From: Eledone cirrhosa
Taxonomy: Eukaryota
Length of the DNA stretch: 64,000 nucleotides
Reading direction: 5' to 3'
NCBI GenBank assembly: GCA_964016885.1
Contig: OZ024742.1
Coordinates: 235,042,001-235,106,000, forward strand
The notes below the pieces were generated by a model. That model made no database searches and had not been told where the DNA came from. It worked only from the letters and a program-made list of their open reading frames with translations. Both the position numbers and the translations under genes were made by a program. This document shows, piece by piece, positions 1-12,240 of this stretch; position 1 is the stretch's first letter; each line of letters starts with the position of its first letter.

Positions 1-927
1 CAGGCCCACAGGTCAAATTGAACTCATTACTGCAAACTTTAAGATTTAAGTGTCCTGGTAACAAACATAACACAGTTTTGATGATAGGTTATGAACCACA
101 AATCTCTCAGTTGCTTGTCCTCTACACTATCCACTCAGCTAGCTACACTCTCCTTTCAGATTATACTGATACTGATGCAATCAACTATAATCTCACCCTC
201 CCTACAATGACTGGCTTTGTTGAATCTCTATTCTAAGAAATCAATATAGGCAACAAAAGAAATAGTATTTGCACATACACCCTCTCATATATATATATAT
301 ATATACTAGGCCACCTGTGACCTGTTGGCTCACGAGCACTTCAAAATATTTTTTTTAAATCATGTTCACTTAAAAATAATTTTTGAATAATTAAAATATA
401 CACAGACATGTATATAATGTGAAATGAAACTGGAAGGCCCATATATATATATATACGTGTGTGTATATATATATATATATATATAAATGTGGGTGTGTGT
501 ATACATATATATGTATGTGTGTGTGTATACATATATATGTATGTGTGTGTGTATATATATATATATATATGTGGGTGTCTGTGATCTATATACACTGGTC
601 ATAGACACACATATACACACATATATATACACACACACTCACATATATATATACACAACAACACCACCAGCTCGCTCTCTTCCATTCTCCTTCTCTGTCT
701 CCTCTCCCTCTCTTTATTTCTGTTTCTCTCTCTCTCTGTTTATGAAGGTACCCTGATAAACTCCACATCTCGGGAACCTGTGGTCCAATTTATGCGAAAC
801 TTGTTTTATTCCATTTGTATTCCCATTTCAGGGTCAACTTCCTTTCAAAGTATTTTCCCATTATGTGCCCTTTTGGGTGTATTACATTACAGACAAGCAA
901 GTAATCACAGAATTTTAGTAATATATA

Positions 928-970
<43 letters not shown>

Positions 971-1145
971 TAGGGTGTGGTAAAATATCAGGTGAACCAC
1001 AACCCACCAGAGTACTCGATACTTGGGGTAGTAGGTGAAGAAATTCAGGACCCCAACGGCTGAGCTCTGGCCATTTCGACAGCTAGTTCTGAACTATATA
1101 TATACGTATATGTATGTATATATATATATATAATATATATATATA

Positions 1146-1178
<33 letters not shown>

Positions 1179-1179
<1 letters not shown>

Positions 1180-2210
1180 GGTGCAATAAGTAGCAGCAAG
1201 TGCCCACAGAATACTAGCTCCTTCCATTGCACAGATGGTTCTATAGAAATAGTGGACACCTTCCGTTACCTGGGTGACAAAATCAGCAGCGGGGGAGGGT
1301 GCTCTGAACGTACAGTAGCTAGAGTCAGAACTGGATGGAAAAAGTTCAGAGAGCTTATACCACTATTAGCCGCTAAAGGGTTCTCTCTAAAAATGAAAGG
1401 CAGGCTGTATGATGCCTGCATACGAACAGCAATGTTGCATGGCAGTGAGACCTGGGCATTGTCTGCAGAGGATATACGCAGATTGGAGAGGAACGAAGCT
1501 TGCATGCTCCGCTGGATGTGTAATAGTAATATACGTGAACGGCAAAGCATAAACGAACTAAGGGAAAAATTAGAAATAAGAGGGATCAGATGTTGTTTAC
1601 TCGAGAGAAGGCTACGTTGGTATGGTCACGTGATGCGCATGAAAGACGACAGCTGTATAACAAAGTGCAGGGCAATAAAAATAGATGGTAGCCATGGAGT
1701 AGGCAGACCCAGAAAAACCTGGGACGACTTGATAAATTCCGACCTCACACAGTTACACCTCTCCAACACAATGTCACTGGACCGAGACCTTTGGCGGTAC
1801 TCAGTAATAGAGAAGACCCGCCTTACCTAAATACAAAGTAAAACCTACTACAGTCAGTAGGCACCTCTAACAAAATACACCCCCGTCCCACTACCCCCAC
1901 CCCATCCACACCACCCCTTTCAATGTAAAGTTATGTTGGTGCCACAACATCCAGTCCGAAATAAATGAGGTCGGGTAGGTGTCACGACAAAAAAACACAC
2001 AATCCACGCTGTAATGTGGCCGTGTATGCAACACGGTAAAAACCTCCCAGTCCACACTGTAAATGTGGTTGGTGTTAGGAAGGGCATCCAGCCGTAGAAA
2101 ACCCGCCAGACAGTCCTATGCGAGTGAGACAACCACTCTTGCCTCAAGTGGGAAAACTCCCATCCAAACCCATGCAAGCATGGAATATGGACGTTAAACG
2201 ATGATGATGA
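1179..2210 (+). mobile_element. RTE-clade LINE (family A), 5'-truncated copy
   Basis: ORF 1252-1830 encodes the RT C-terminus (FRYLG, MLHGSETW, RLRWYGHV, GRPRKTW). The 3' UTR ends in (TGA)n, and both ends abut (TA)n. Confidence 0.92.
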
Positions 2211-2416
2211 TATATATATGCATGTTGGTGCGTATATATATATATATACATAGAGAGAGAGAGAGAGAGAATATAGTAGTGATCAAATTTTGTTAGGGGA
2301 AATCGAAGACTATGACAACATACAATGGTTTTTGACTCGCCAAGTGAATCACTTATAGGGTTTCCGTGCTGATCAAGCATGGGTACAATGAAGGTAATTC
2401 CGGGAGTGTTTATATA

Positions 2417-2525
2417 TAATATAAGTAACATGAATGTAATAACTTCACAGTTACAAGACTAACATTTATTTTTAATAAATGTTAGTCCTTTAACTGTGAA
2501 GATGTTATATTCATGTTACTTATAT
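2417..2525. repeat. Imperfect fold-back hairpin between TA tracts
   Basis: ataagtaacatgaat...gactaacatttatt is inverted as aataaatgttagtc...attcatgttacttat. Confidence 0.75.
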
Positions 2526-2701
2526 TTTTTATATATATATATATATATATACAGTATTTTCCGTAGTGTTGTAATATAAATATTACACACAGTAGATGGA
2601 CAGCTCACGTAGAGTTTACTCGACGGTTCCAGTTGTAGTTCCAAAAGTAATCCGGAGAAAAATAGAAGGATTTAAATGGATACAGTTTAGTTAAAAGGGA
2701 T

Positions 2702-2822
2702 TTATTGACACGTGTTTCAATAACAGTTACATAACCTGAAAACAGCTGCTATCTACAAAGTATTAGTTATGCAGACATTCAATATTTCAATGTTATTATC
2801 AACTGTCATTTCATCAGAATAA
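2702..2822 (-). ncRNA. Minimal hammerhead ribozyme motif (Penelope-like type)
   Basis: Minus strand reads TTATT-CTGATGA-AATGACAGTT...AACTGTTATT-GAA-ACACGTGT-C-AATAA. This gives a 5-bp stem I, a 10-bp stem II, a palindromic stem III and a GUC site. Confidence 0.75.
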
Positions 2823-3232
2823 TTTTACTGAGGACCTGTCTGTTTGGTTTTTATAGAGAATATTAGGAGGGAGGGGTGAAGTTGTTAGAAGAATAGTTGA
2901 GGGAGTGGTTTTTTGATAGCAGTGAGAATTTTTGGTGGCAGTGAGTAATTAGATTCCCATCTGTTGTTTTGACATTTTTATAGAATATATTATTGGTTAT
3001 TTTTCTAAATCTATAGAAGGATTAGAGATAGTATAGATATGCATGGTTGGTTTTGTGTTTGCACTTAATTAACATTCAGACTTAAATTTTTCTTTCAAGT
3101 ATACGTATCCTTTCGCCCACGCATTCACACACAAACATATATGCACACCTCTACAAAATACATATACTCACATACACATACTTACATGCTCATACTTACA
3201 TACATATACACATGCACATATATATATATATA

Positions 3233-5069
3233 CATCATCATGATCATCATCATCACCGTTTTACGTCGGTTCTTCCACGCTAGCATGGGTTAGACGGGTT
3301 GTCCTGTTGTGGGCAGTGTCTGGTCGGCTGACCATGCCTTGCTCATACAGGAACTGATTTGGCTTGGTTTCTACAGCTGGATGCCCTTCCTAACACCAAC
3401 CTCATTTACAGTGAGTGCTGGGTACTTTTTTCCGTGGCACCTACACGTCCACTTTACAGTGTGGGCTGGGTGCTTTTTTTCCGTGGCACCTCCACGACCA
3501 GCTTGCGGTGGGGGGTGTGGGGGCATATTGTCTATATGCTTCAGCTTGTACCCATGGGAGGTCGGGTACTCTGTATTACTGCGTGACGCCAGAAGTCACG
3601 GTCGTGTGTCATTGTCTTTGAGAGGTGTAATTGGGTAAGGTCGGCTTTTATCACCTCATCCCAGGTCATCTTGGGTCTCCCCACTCCGCGGTTTCCATCA
3701 ACTTCTAGTGTTCTGCACCTTTTTATGCAGCTATCATCCTTCATATGCATCACATGTCCATACCAGCGCAACCGCCTCTCCTGCACACAGCATTTGATTC
3801 CTCTTATGCTCAGTCTCTCTCTCAATTCATTTATGCTTTGTCGTTCACGTATATTATTGTTACACATCCATCGGAGCATGCAGGCTTCGTTTCTCTCTAA
3901 TCTACGTAAGTCTTCCACCTTCAGCGCCCAGGTCTCGCTACCATGCAACATCGCTGTTCGGATACACGCATCATATAGTCTGCCTTTCATTCTGAGGGAG
4001 AAGCCTTTTGCAGCTAGCAGTGGTAGTAGTTCCCTAAACTTCTTCCATCCCGTTCTTACCCTAGTTATTGCACTTTCTGAACACCCACCTCCGTTGCTAA
4101 TTCGGTCACCTAGGTAGCAGAAGCTGTCAACTGTTTCTACAGGGCCCTCCCAGAGATTGGTGGTACTTGTTTCCTGTGGCTGTTTGCTGTTTGCTGTCTC
4201 AGCACAGCTGCTGCATGTGAATCCTACATTCTTAATTAAGCTTCCTGAGATCCCGCTACATCTCTTATGTATCCATTGTTTGCATTTGGGGAAGAGAATG
4301 GAGTTCCTACCTACACCTTTCCTACATACTGAGCAAGGCCATTTCCCTGAGGGGATCTGGGTTCTGTTTTCTCGTCTACTTACAAGGACCTTAGTCTTTG
4401 TCATGTTGACTTTGAGACCCTTTCTTTCTAGTCCCTGCTTCCAGGTTTGGAATTTATTCTCTAGTTCTACCATAGATTCAGCTATGAGTGCGAGGTCATC
4501 AGAATACAGGAGTTCCCATGGGCATCCGGTCTTAAACTCCTCCGTTATTGCCTGCAGGACTATGATGAACAGGAGAGGGCTAAGAACAGAGCCCTGGTGG
4601 ACACAACCTGTACGCTAAATTCCTCGCTATACTCATTGCTAATCCTAACTTTGCTGACTGCTCCCCTATACATGGCTTGTACCGCTTTCACAAGCCATTC
4701 ATCTACTCCTAGTTTTCTAAGAGCCCACCAGATTACAGCGCGTGGAACTCTGTCAAAGGCTTTCTCAAGGTCGACAAATGCCAAGTAGAGTGGCTTACTT
4801 TTAGCTAGGTACTTTTCCTGTAATTGCCTCACAAGGAAGAGGGCATCAGTGGTGCCTCTTCCTGGTACAAACCCAAATTGCATCTCGTCTATTTTCACCC
4901 GGTCCCTAATCAGCTGTGCTATAACTCTTTCTGTTACTTTCATGACCTGGTCCATCAACTTTATACCTCTATAGTTTCCTCTATCTAGTGCATCGCCTTT
5001 ACCTTTGTAGCAGTTGACAATGATGCTACTGCACCAATCTTTTGGTATGGCCCCTTCTAGTATTACCAT
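3233..5069 (-). mobile_element. RTE-clade LINE (subfamily B), 5'-truncated
   Basis: ORFs 4560-5174 and 3541-4473 contain RT motifs (QFGFVPGR, FVDLEKAFD, YSDD). A (CAT)n tail lies at about 3233-3255 and (TA)n tracts flank the copy. Confidence 0.92.
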
Positions 5070-5296
5070 ATATATACATATATACATGTACATACATACG
5101 CATTCATGTGTATACATTTTCATACTCAACTTATCTTTATAGACACACGTATAGACACACATATATACATACATACTCCAGTCTATGTGTATATATATAT
5201 ATATATAAACACTTTAATACATGAATACACTTACATCTAACTATACACATCAAACATATATATATATTTACTTATTTATATACATTTTCACATATA

Positions 5297-6687
5297 GGGC
5301 TCTGTTCTTAGCCCCCTACTATTTATTATTGCCCTTCAGGCTATAACAGAGGAGTTCAAGACCGGCTGCCCATGGGAACTCCTATACGCAGATGATCTAA
5401 CGCTCATAGCTGAATCAATGACCGAACTAGAGAAGAAATTCCAAACGTGGAAGCACGGCCTAGAATCAAAAGGCCTTAAAATTAACCTGGCTAAGACTAA
5501 AGTTCTAGTTTGTAGGAAAGAAAATAAGGCAGCGGTCCCATCGGGGAAATGGCCATGCTCAGTGTGTAGGAAAGGCGTAGGTAGAAACTCCATTTTATGT
5601 CCCAAATGCAAAGTATGGGTGCATAAAAGATGTAGTGGGATCACAGGTAAGCTAACTAAGAACATAGATTTTACATGTGGCCGGTGCTCTGGTGCAATAA
5701 GTAGCAGCAAGCGCCCACAAAATACTAGCTCCTTCAACTGCGCAGAGGGTTCTATAGAAATAGTGGACAGCTTCCGTTATCTGGGTGACAAAATCAGCAG
5801 TGGGAGAGGGTGCTCTGAAAGTACAGTAGCTAGAGTCAGAACTGGATGGAAAAAGTTCAGAGAGCTTATACCACTATTAGCCGCTAGAGGGTTCTCCCTA
5901 AAAATGAAAGGCAGGTTATACGATGCCTGCATACGAACAGCAATGCTGCATGGCAGTGAGACCTGGGCATTGTGTGCAGAGGATATACGCAGACTAGAGA
6001 GGAACGAAGCTTGCATGCTCCGCTGGATGTGCAATAGTAATATACGTGAACGGCAAAGCATAAACGAACTAAGAAAAAAATTAGAAATAAGAGGGATCAG
6101 ATGTTGTTTACTCGAGAGAAGGCTACGTTGGTACGGTCACGTGATGCGCATGAAAGACGACAGCTGTATAACAAAGTGCAGGGCAATAAAGATAGACGGT
6201 AGCCACGGAGTAGGCAGACCCAGAAAAACATGGGACGAGCTGATAAATTCCGACCTCACACGCTTACACCTCTCCAAGACAATGTCACTGGACCGAGACC
6301 TTTGGCGGTACTCAGTAATAGAGAAGACCCGCCTTACCTAAATACAAAGTAAAAACCTACTACAGTCAGTAGGCATCTCTATCAAAACACACCCCCGTCC
6401 CACCACCTCCTCCACCCCACCCACACCACCCCTTTCAATGTAAAGTTATGTTGGTCCCACAACATCCAGGCCGAAACAAATGAGATCGTGTAGGTGTCAC
6501 GACAAAAAACACACAGTCCACGCTGTAAATGTGGCCGTGTAGGCAACACGGTAAAAACCTCCCAGCCCCACACTGTAAATGTGGTTGGTGTTAGGAAGGG
6601 CATCCAGCTGTAGAAAACCCGCCAGACAGTCCACGCTGTAATGTGGCCGTGTAGGCAACACGGTAAAAACCTCCCAGCCCCACACTG
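5297..6687 (+). mobile_element. RTE-clade LINE (family A), truncated at both ends
   Basis: YADD motif upstream of ORF 5418-6341; nearly identical to 57748-58772. The 3' UTR has an internal duplication and runs directly into a palindrome. Confidence 0.92.
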
Positions 6688-6944
6688 GCCACACTGTTCT
6701 GTGTGCGAGTGTCGTGTCATCATCAGACAGCTTGTTACATAATAAGGTTGTTTCCGAGGCAATCCAAATTGAATCGACATGGGAACGGATGAAGTTGGTG
6801 CTTTTGGGTTTTTCATCCGAATAAACCTAAAAAACCCAAAAGCACGAACTTCATCCGTTTGGATTGCCTCGGAAACAACCTTATTATGTAACAAGCTGTC
6901 TGATGATGACACGACACTCGCACACAGAACAGTATGGCCAGTGT
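6683..6944. repeat. ~260-bp fold-back palindrome
   Basis: cactggccacactgttctgtgtgcgagtgtcgtgtcatcatcagacagc... is inverted as ...gctgtctgatgatgacacgacactcgcacacagaacagtatggccagtg. One arm carries a short insertion. Confidence 0.9.
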
Positions 6945-6968
6945 CGTCATTGAAATATATATCACAGC
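6895..6968 (+). ncRNA. Minimal hammerhead ribozyme motif
   Basis: GCTGT-CTGATGA-TGAC(ac)GACACT...AGTGTCGTCA-tt-GAA-ATATATAT-C-ACAGC. Stem I is GCTGT/ACAGC; there are two extra nt before GAAA. Confidence 0.6.
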
Positions 6969-7106
6969 ATTATTATTAAAGGACTTGAACATCTGAAACT
7001 ACTTCGCTTTTCCTTATTCGATATTTACTCCGTCACTCCTATGTGGAAAAAGTACATTGAGTGCTTGAATTGAATTGCATCAATGTTTACCCTAATATAT
7101 ATATAT

Positions 7107-7282
7107 AAATATAAATTTAAATAATTTTAAAAGCTATACAATGCATTAGAAAATTAAAAGTACCAAGATAACAATAGATTCTTACCTTAGAAAATGTACT
7201 TAGGTAAGATTCTATCGTTATCTTAGCACCTTTAATTTTCTAATGCATTGTATGGCTTTTAAAATTATTTAAATTTATATTT
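7107..7282. repeat. ~175-bp AT-rich hairpin
   Basis: aaatataaatttaaataattttaaaagctatacaatgcattagaaaattaaa...cttacct is inverted as aggtaag...tttaattttctaatgcattgtatggcttttaaaattatttaaatttatattt. Confidence 0.85.
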
Positions 7283-7890
7283 CCTATTCAACACTGCTTC
7301 AAGCAAACTACAACACTCTGATATATATATATAATAATAATATTATTATTTATACTTATATATACACTATAAATAATTATAAATAGGAAAGGTCAGTAAT
7401 TCATTACCACCTTATTACCAGTAAGAAAAATAGCTCAATGAACATTACCGGAACATTACCGGAACAATTATCACATTGCATCCACCTTAAACTTCATAGA
7501 AACTGCTTTTCATACCCATGCATCTCTGTCTGCTTAATATGCTTTTATACCTGTATTGTATTATGTGATACCTTTGCCATACTGTGATATATATGCTTAG
7601 TACCATTGCTTGTTTTTTACCTGGTTATTCTGTACATGCCTAATACTTCTGCACTCTTTCTATACGTTTACCTATGTACCGATAATGTCCTCATTTTGCG
7701 AGTAACTTTCTTCTTTAATTCCTCTATAATTGTTGTATTATCCTTTTATAATCTTTGTCGCATCCACTGATACTGACCACATCATCTTCACTCTTTAAAT
7801 ATGACACTGTTAAAGACAACAGTAATATCTATGTATCTTTACAATTCTTCTGTGGAATAGGAGGTTAATTATATGTCTAAAATTTGCTAG

Positions 7891-7937
7891 TGCTCCGATG
7901 ATTCCAATCGAAAGTTTGGAAGAAACGATTGTCAGCA
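7891..7937 (+). ncRNA. Hammerhead-like motif with a U4C core change
   Basis: TGCT-CCGATGA-TTCCAA...TTGGAA-GAA-ACGATTGT-C-AGCA, followed by AATAAA and (TA)n. A related, more degenerate copy lies at 9189-9233. Confidence 0.55.
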
Positions 7938-7973
7938 ATAAAATGTTTTGAACATAGTTTTGATTATTCTGTA

Positions 7974-8007
<34 letters not shown>

Positions 8008-8097
8008 ATAATAATAAATATAAAGACTAAAATCCAAAGAGGGCTCGATAAGGATAAATATATATATATATCAAATATATAAGAACCCTAGAGCAAA

Positions 8098-8308
8098 TAT
8101 TTATTAAAATAACAGATTAAAATTTAAGCAAAGAATCGCTGCTTTCAATCTGTGAACACAGAAGTAAATATTTTGAAAAACATTGCAACGTTTTTTGAAA
8201 TATTTACTTCTGCGTTCACAGATTGATTTTTTTTAGCTTCAGAAGATTCTGTTAAGGGTGAAAGCAGCGATTCTTTGCTTAAACTTTAATCTGTTATTTT
8301 AATAAATA
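8098..8308. repeat. Fold-back palindrome of a dispersed repeat; linear copy at ~46620-46736
   Basis: The arms begin tatttattaaaataacagattaaa..aagcaaagaatcgctgctttca. The left arm lacks about 40 nt that are present in the right arm and in the 46.6-kb copy. Confidence 0.85.
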
Positions 8309-8789
8309 CATATATATATATAATAATTATGTTTATATCAAGTGTCTTAACTACCTATAGTCACTCAATGTTGTTTACCGAATGGAGGTGACAGTATTGA
8401 TTGTATATATAGAATTAAAACATTTGTTATGACAGGGCCACACAAGCATTGCATTGATACTTGCATTGTTATTATAACCTTAAGGAAAATCTTCTTAAGA
8501 TCCATATATTTGGACTGTATGTTTTCAAAATCTATATTTCTGTACTCAATGCTTTTTGGCTTTGTATGTTTGGGCTATATATTCTATTGCATGAATATTA
8601 TGGCTAATATTATAAAACTTTTTGCCTAAAATCAATATATCCTTTGATATTTATAATTTTTAATACCTACATTATATGCTTTTACTATACCATTCTCTTA
8701 CATTACATATATTGCATGTACTCTATTGTAATTGATATTTTGGCTATAATATACTTGCTATAAAATTCTTGTTATAATATTTGGTTATG

Positions 8790-8966
8790 CAGAGTATCAG
8801 TAGAGGGTCGGACGCCATGCTTTGCAGCACAGTTACGCCCCTTTACGGACTGAGTTCAAATCCCGCCAAGGTTAACTTTGCCTTTCATCCTTACGGGGTC
8901 GATAAAATAAAGTACCAGTAATGAACTTGGTAATTGCTGGCCTTGTGCCAGAAGTAGAAACAATTA
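8790..8966 (+). mobile_element. tRNA-derived SINE family 1 (representative copy)
   Basis: B-box-like GAGTTCAAATCC followed by ctttgcctttcatccttacggggtcgataaaataaagtaccag. Further copies lie near 12810, 13755, 29620, 34510, 36245, 42305, 42665, 48490, 52520, 53365, 54600 and 54785 (+), and near 22890, 28740, 35910 and 38030 (-). The central motif resembles the Meta-SINE domain (from memory, unverified). Confidence 0.8.
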
Positions 8967-9459
8967 ATAACCATATCCTTATATATAACCTACACCTCCA
9001 ATTATTTATATTATATCTTTATTACAATTTTTCATTATAATTTTTCATTACAAATTTTATGTCTGTTCAATTTTTATGCTCTTGCTCTATAATATATTGA
9101 GTTAACACTTATACTTAGTCTTCTCACCTCTAATGTATCCTGCTAAATGTTCAAGTGAATAGGAATATATTTGTTTTAATCTTTATATGCTCCGATGATT
9201 CCAGACCTACATCTGGATGAAACAATCATAAGCTATTAAACGTTTTAAACACCATTTGATTGTAATTTATGTTGTATGTTGTTATATATATATAAAAGTG
9301 GTTACACAACAGTTAGTTCACCATACCGAGAACAATTGTTTCACCTTAGCGGATCTTCATATATATATGTATGTAAAAGGTAAACAGAAATAACAACACA
9401 ATTGGTACAGTATATGGAAGGTATATATTAGGTTAACGCTTGATATAGCAGGAAGAGGG

Positions 9460-9495
9460 TCTTAACGTTTCGGACACTAGTCCTTCGTCAGAAGA
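9460..9495 (-). ncRNA. Minimal hammerhead ribozyme motif (36 nt)
   Basis: Minus strand reads TCTT-CTGACGA-A-GGAC-TAGT-GTCC-GAA-ACGT-T-AAGA. A second, 5'-truncated motif (TGAAGA..GAA-ACAATTGT-T) lies at 9326-9360 on the same strand. Confidence 0.75.
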
Positions 9496-9726
9496 AAGAA
9501 TGAGAAATAAAATAGATTAAGAGGACGGGCGGGATGGAATTGGAAAAAATGTCTTTAGATAAAAATAACAGGTCCATTCATGTTGACATCTCTTGCAAAA
9601 CTGTTGGTGCAGGCGTTTTGTGTATGATTTGTTTTTTAGAAAAGTGGATGATGGCGCGCGTCTACCTGAAATGGAAAAAAAAACGTTTTGTAAAAAGAGC
9701 TATACTTGAGCACGTGTGTAAGCATG

Positions 9727-9792
<66 letters not shown>

Positions 9793-10012
9793 AAAGAATA
9801 GAGGTGTAACACACAAGTTATGATATATTGGTAAACGGAAAAGAAAATGCTGACAAATTGTTCACAGTGAAAAATAGTTTAATTAGGAATAAGTGAGAAT
9901 TAGTAATAGTATTGGTTAGTATTCAGTTTTTGGTTTTAAGTTTTACCGGTTGCGCATTTCTAATGCTTTTCAAAAATAATTTTGAGATAGAGCGTCCGTG
10001 ATGTTTGCTCTA

Positions 10013-10074
<62 letters not shown>

Positions 10075-11099
10075 CTATTGATTATTTTTCTTACCACTGC
10101 ATTATTATCTTAACAGATGAAAGCAGCAGGCTTAGGATTTGTTGGCAGGTGAACAGCAATCTTAGGGTCTTGCTCTTTTTTCATGTCCACTTCTTTTTCC
10201 ATCTCCCTTCTTTTTCCTTGTTTTCATTCTTCTAGACACCCTCTGCCATTTTCTCTCTTTCAGCTTTTCTCTCCTTCATTAGTATTTCCTTCTTATAATC
10301 TCCTTCATTAGTATTTCTTCTTATACTTGTTACCCACCCCCCACCCCCCAGCACTGCAAGTTAATGAAAATCCTCATTAGTCATTGCTAATACCTTCATC
10401 ACTGTAATACTTGTTTACAGTCTGTGAGATGTGAATCCTCTGTCAGTTTGATACAAGTTAGCTACAACTAGAGAATTATTTTCCATGTATTTTTTATAGT
10501 GAAATCATTGAGTTATTATCCCTATATTTCCTTGCATGAAACAGTCAATGAATTGTTTTATCATATCTCCTCCCTGTGCATCTACTTTGCCTATTGCAGA
10601 GTTTATTATGCTGGAACCATTCAGGCTAGATCTTCATTCTGAAAAGTTCCTTCAAATTATTTTGTATACCCTGAAGTAGTGTTGGATGCTGTTCTTCTTC
10701 CTTTGACTGTTGTTATTGTTGGTCCTTCATTGGTTCTGACAACAAGTGTTCCACTTGTTTGAACAATGGAACAGTCTGCTCTTGAAATTAATGGTGCGAG
10801 TGGCTGAGCATTCCAAAGACACATGTACTCTTAATCTGGTCCTTAAGGCGATTCAGAATGATACAAGGTGTAACAAGACAGGTTCTTTGAAATACAGCTA
10901 CAACTTAGTTTTTCCCTCTGAGTGGACAGAAATGACGTTAAATAAAGTATCTTGCTCAAGGACATAATGAATCACTATACCTCTGATAAGATATTAACTA
11001 CTAATCAGCTGAATAGTTAATATGATGTCCTATCAGCTCGGTCAGTTGTGGCTGCCACTGACTCATCCATTCCTATTACCGATATTGAATAAATTTATT

Positions 11100-12150
11100 G
11101 TATCATCATTATCATTACCGTTTAACGTCTATTTTTCCATGCTTGCATGGGTTAGACAGGTCATTCACATTGGGAGACAAGTCTGGCTAGAGTTTGCTTC
11201 ACCGTACTTTATTCCGACATGGAATGTAAATTTGGCCAGGTTTTTTACAGCTGGATGCCCTTCCTAACACCAACCACATTTACAGTGTTGTACTGGATGG
11301 CAACATTATGAGAAGGGACAGGCAAGTTGGCCATGCCGACCCATCTCACAGCATAATCATAGTTTAGGAGCCCAGTACTGGATGGCAACCACCATGTTAT
11401 GTTGGGAGGTACATTCATTATCCGGGACGCTCTTTGTGTTTACAACCATTGTTCTATCATATTTTCTGGTGAGGATATTGTCGATTTGGCTGGTGTGCTC
11501 CCCTGAGCTATAGGTGATCAGTTGATTTGCTGGTTTCTTGAAGTATGTATTGCAGATAGTCATTTTGTTTACGTCGCAGAATTCCAGGAGCTTCAGTCCT
11601 TCCTCATTTCTTGTGGCAACCCCATGGAATCCCTCACTTAGTCTCCCAACATGTCTGTTGAAGTTGGCTGCAATAATGGTGAATTTGGTGTTTCTTGTTT
11701 GGGAAGTTGCACTTAATAGGGACTCGTAGAACAGGTCCTTTTGTTTGTAAGGCAGACCAGATTGGAGTGCGTAGACAGACATGATTGATACCGTTGTTCT
11801 GTTTAGGATGAACCTAAGTGAGATGATTCTGTCATTTATTCTATTTACTGTAATTACCTTGTCCAACCATTTTTCAACTAGCATGCTACCTACACCTCCA
11901 AGCTCACTGTCGTTACCTTTCCAGAATTTAAAGCATTGTTTTCTGGGCAATTCTCCTTTCCACTTCGTTTCTTGTATATAACATACATCAATTTTCTTAC
12001 GCTCGAGCATTTCCACAATCTCACCTGACCTACTTTTCAGCATCCCTACGTTGATGGCTGCAGCTCTGAAGTCACTGGTGGGGGATACATTTTTCCTGTT
12101 GGTGGATGATGTCTTGCTGCCGATTATTTGTGTCTGGGAAGAAAGGGAAG

Positions 12151-12181
<31 letters not shown>

Positions 12182-12240
12182 CTCCCGGACAGGTTGTTTG
12201 CATTGTGACCTTGTTTACTATGAATATTACTTACCAGTCA
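11100..12240 (-). mobile_element. Internally deleted RTE LINE: APE endonuclease part joined to the 3' tail
   Basis: ORF 11357-12043 has APE motifs (IQETKW, VYALQ, SQIDNIL). The family 3' tail (ggaagggcatccagctgta...gacgttaaac(TGA)n on the minus strand) lies at about 11100-11290. Confidence 0.8.

Noticed and set aside
341-983. ORFs rich in YI/HT/CV dipeptides (also 45287-45566, 50386-50797, 63306-63588)
   Set aside because: They are translations of (TA)n, (CA)n and (TG)n microsatellites.
1060-1095. GAAATGGCCA half-motif on the minus strand (similar GAAATGCGCA near 9950)
   Set aside because: Only the 3' half of a hammerhead is present, with no CTGANGA core, so they were not counted.
1266-1550. 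Antisense ORFs over LINE copies (also 3671-4117, 5777-6061, 57050-58465, 60454-60867)
   Set aside because: These are shadow frames of the RT coding strand with no independent protein features.
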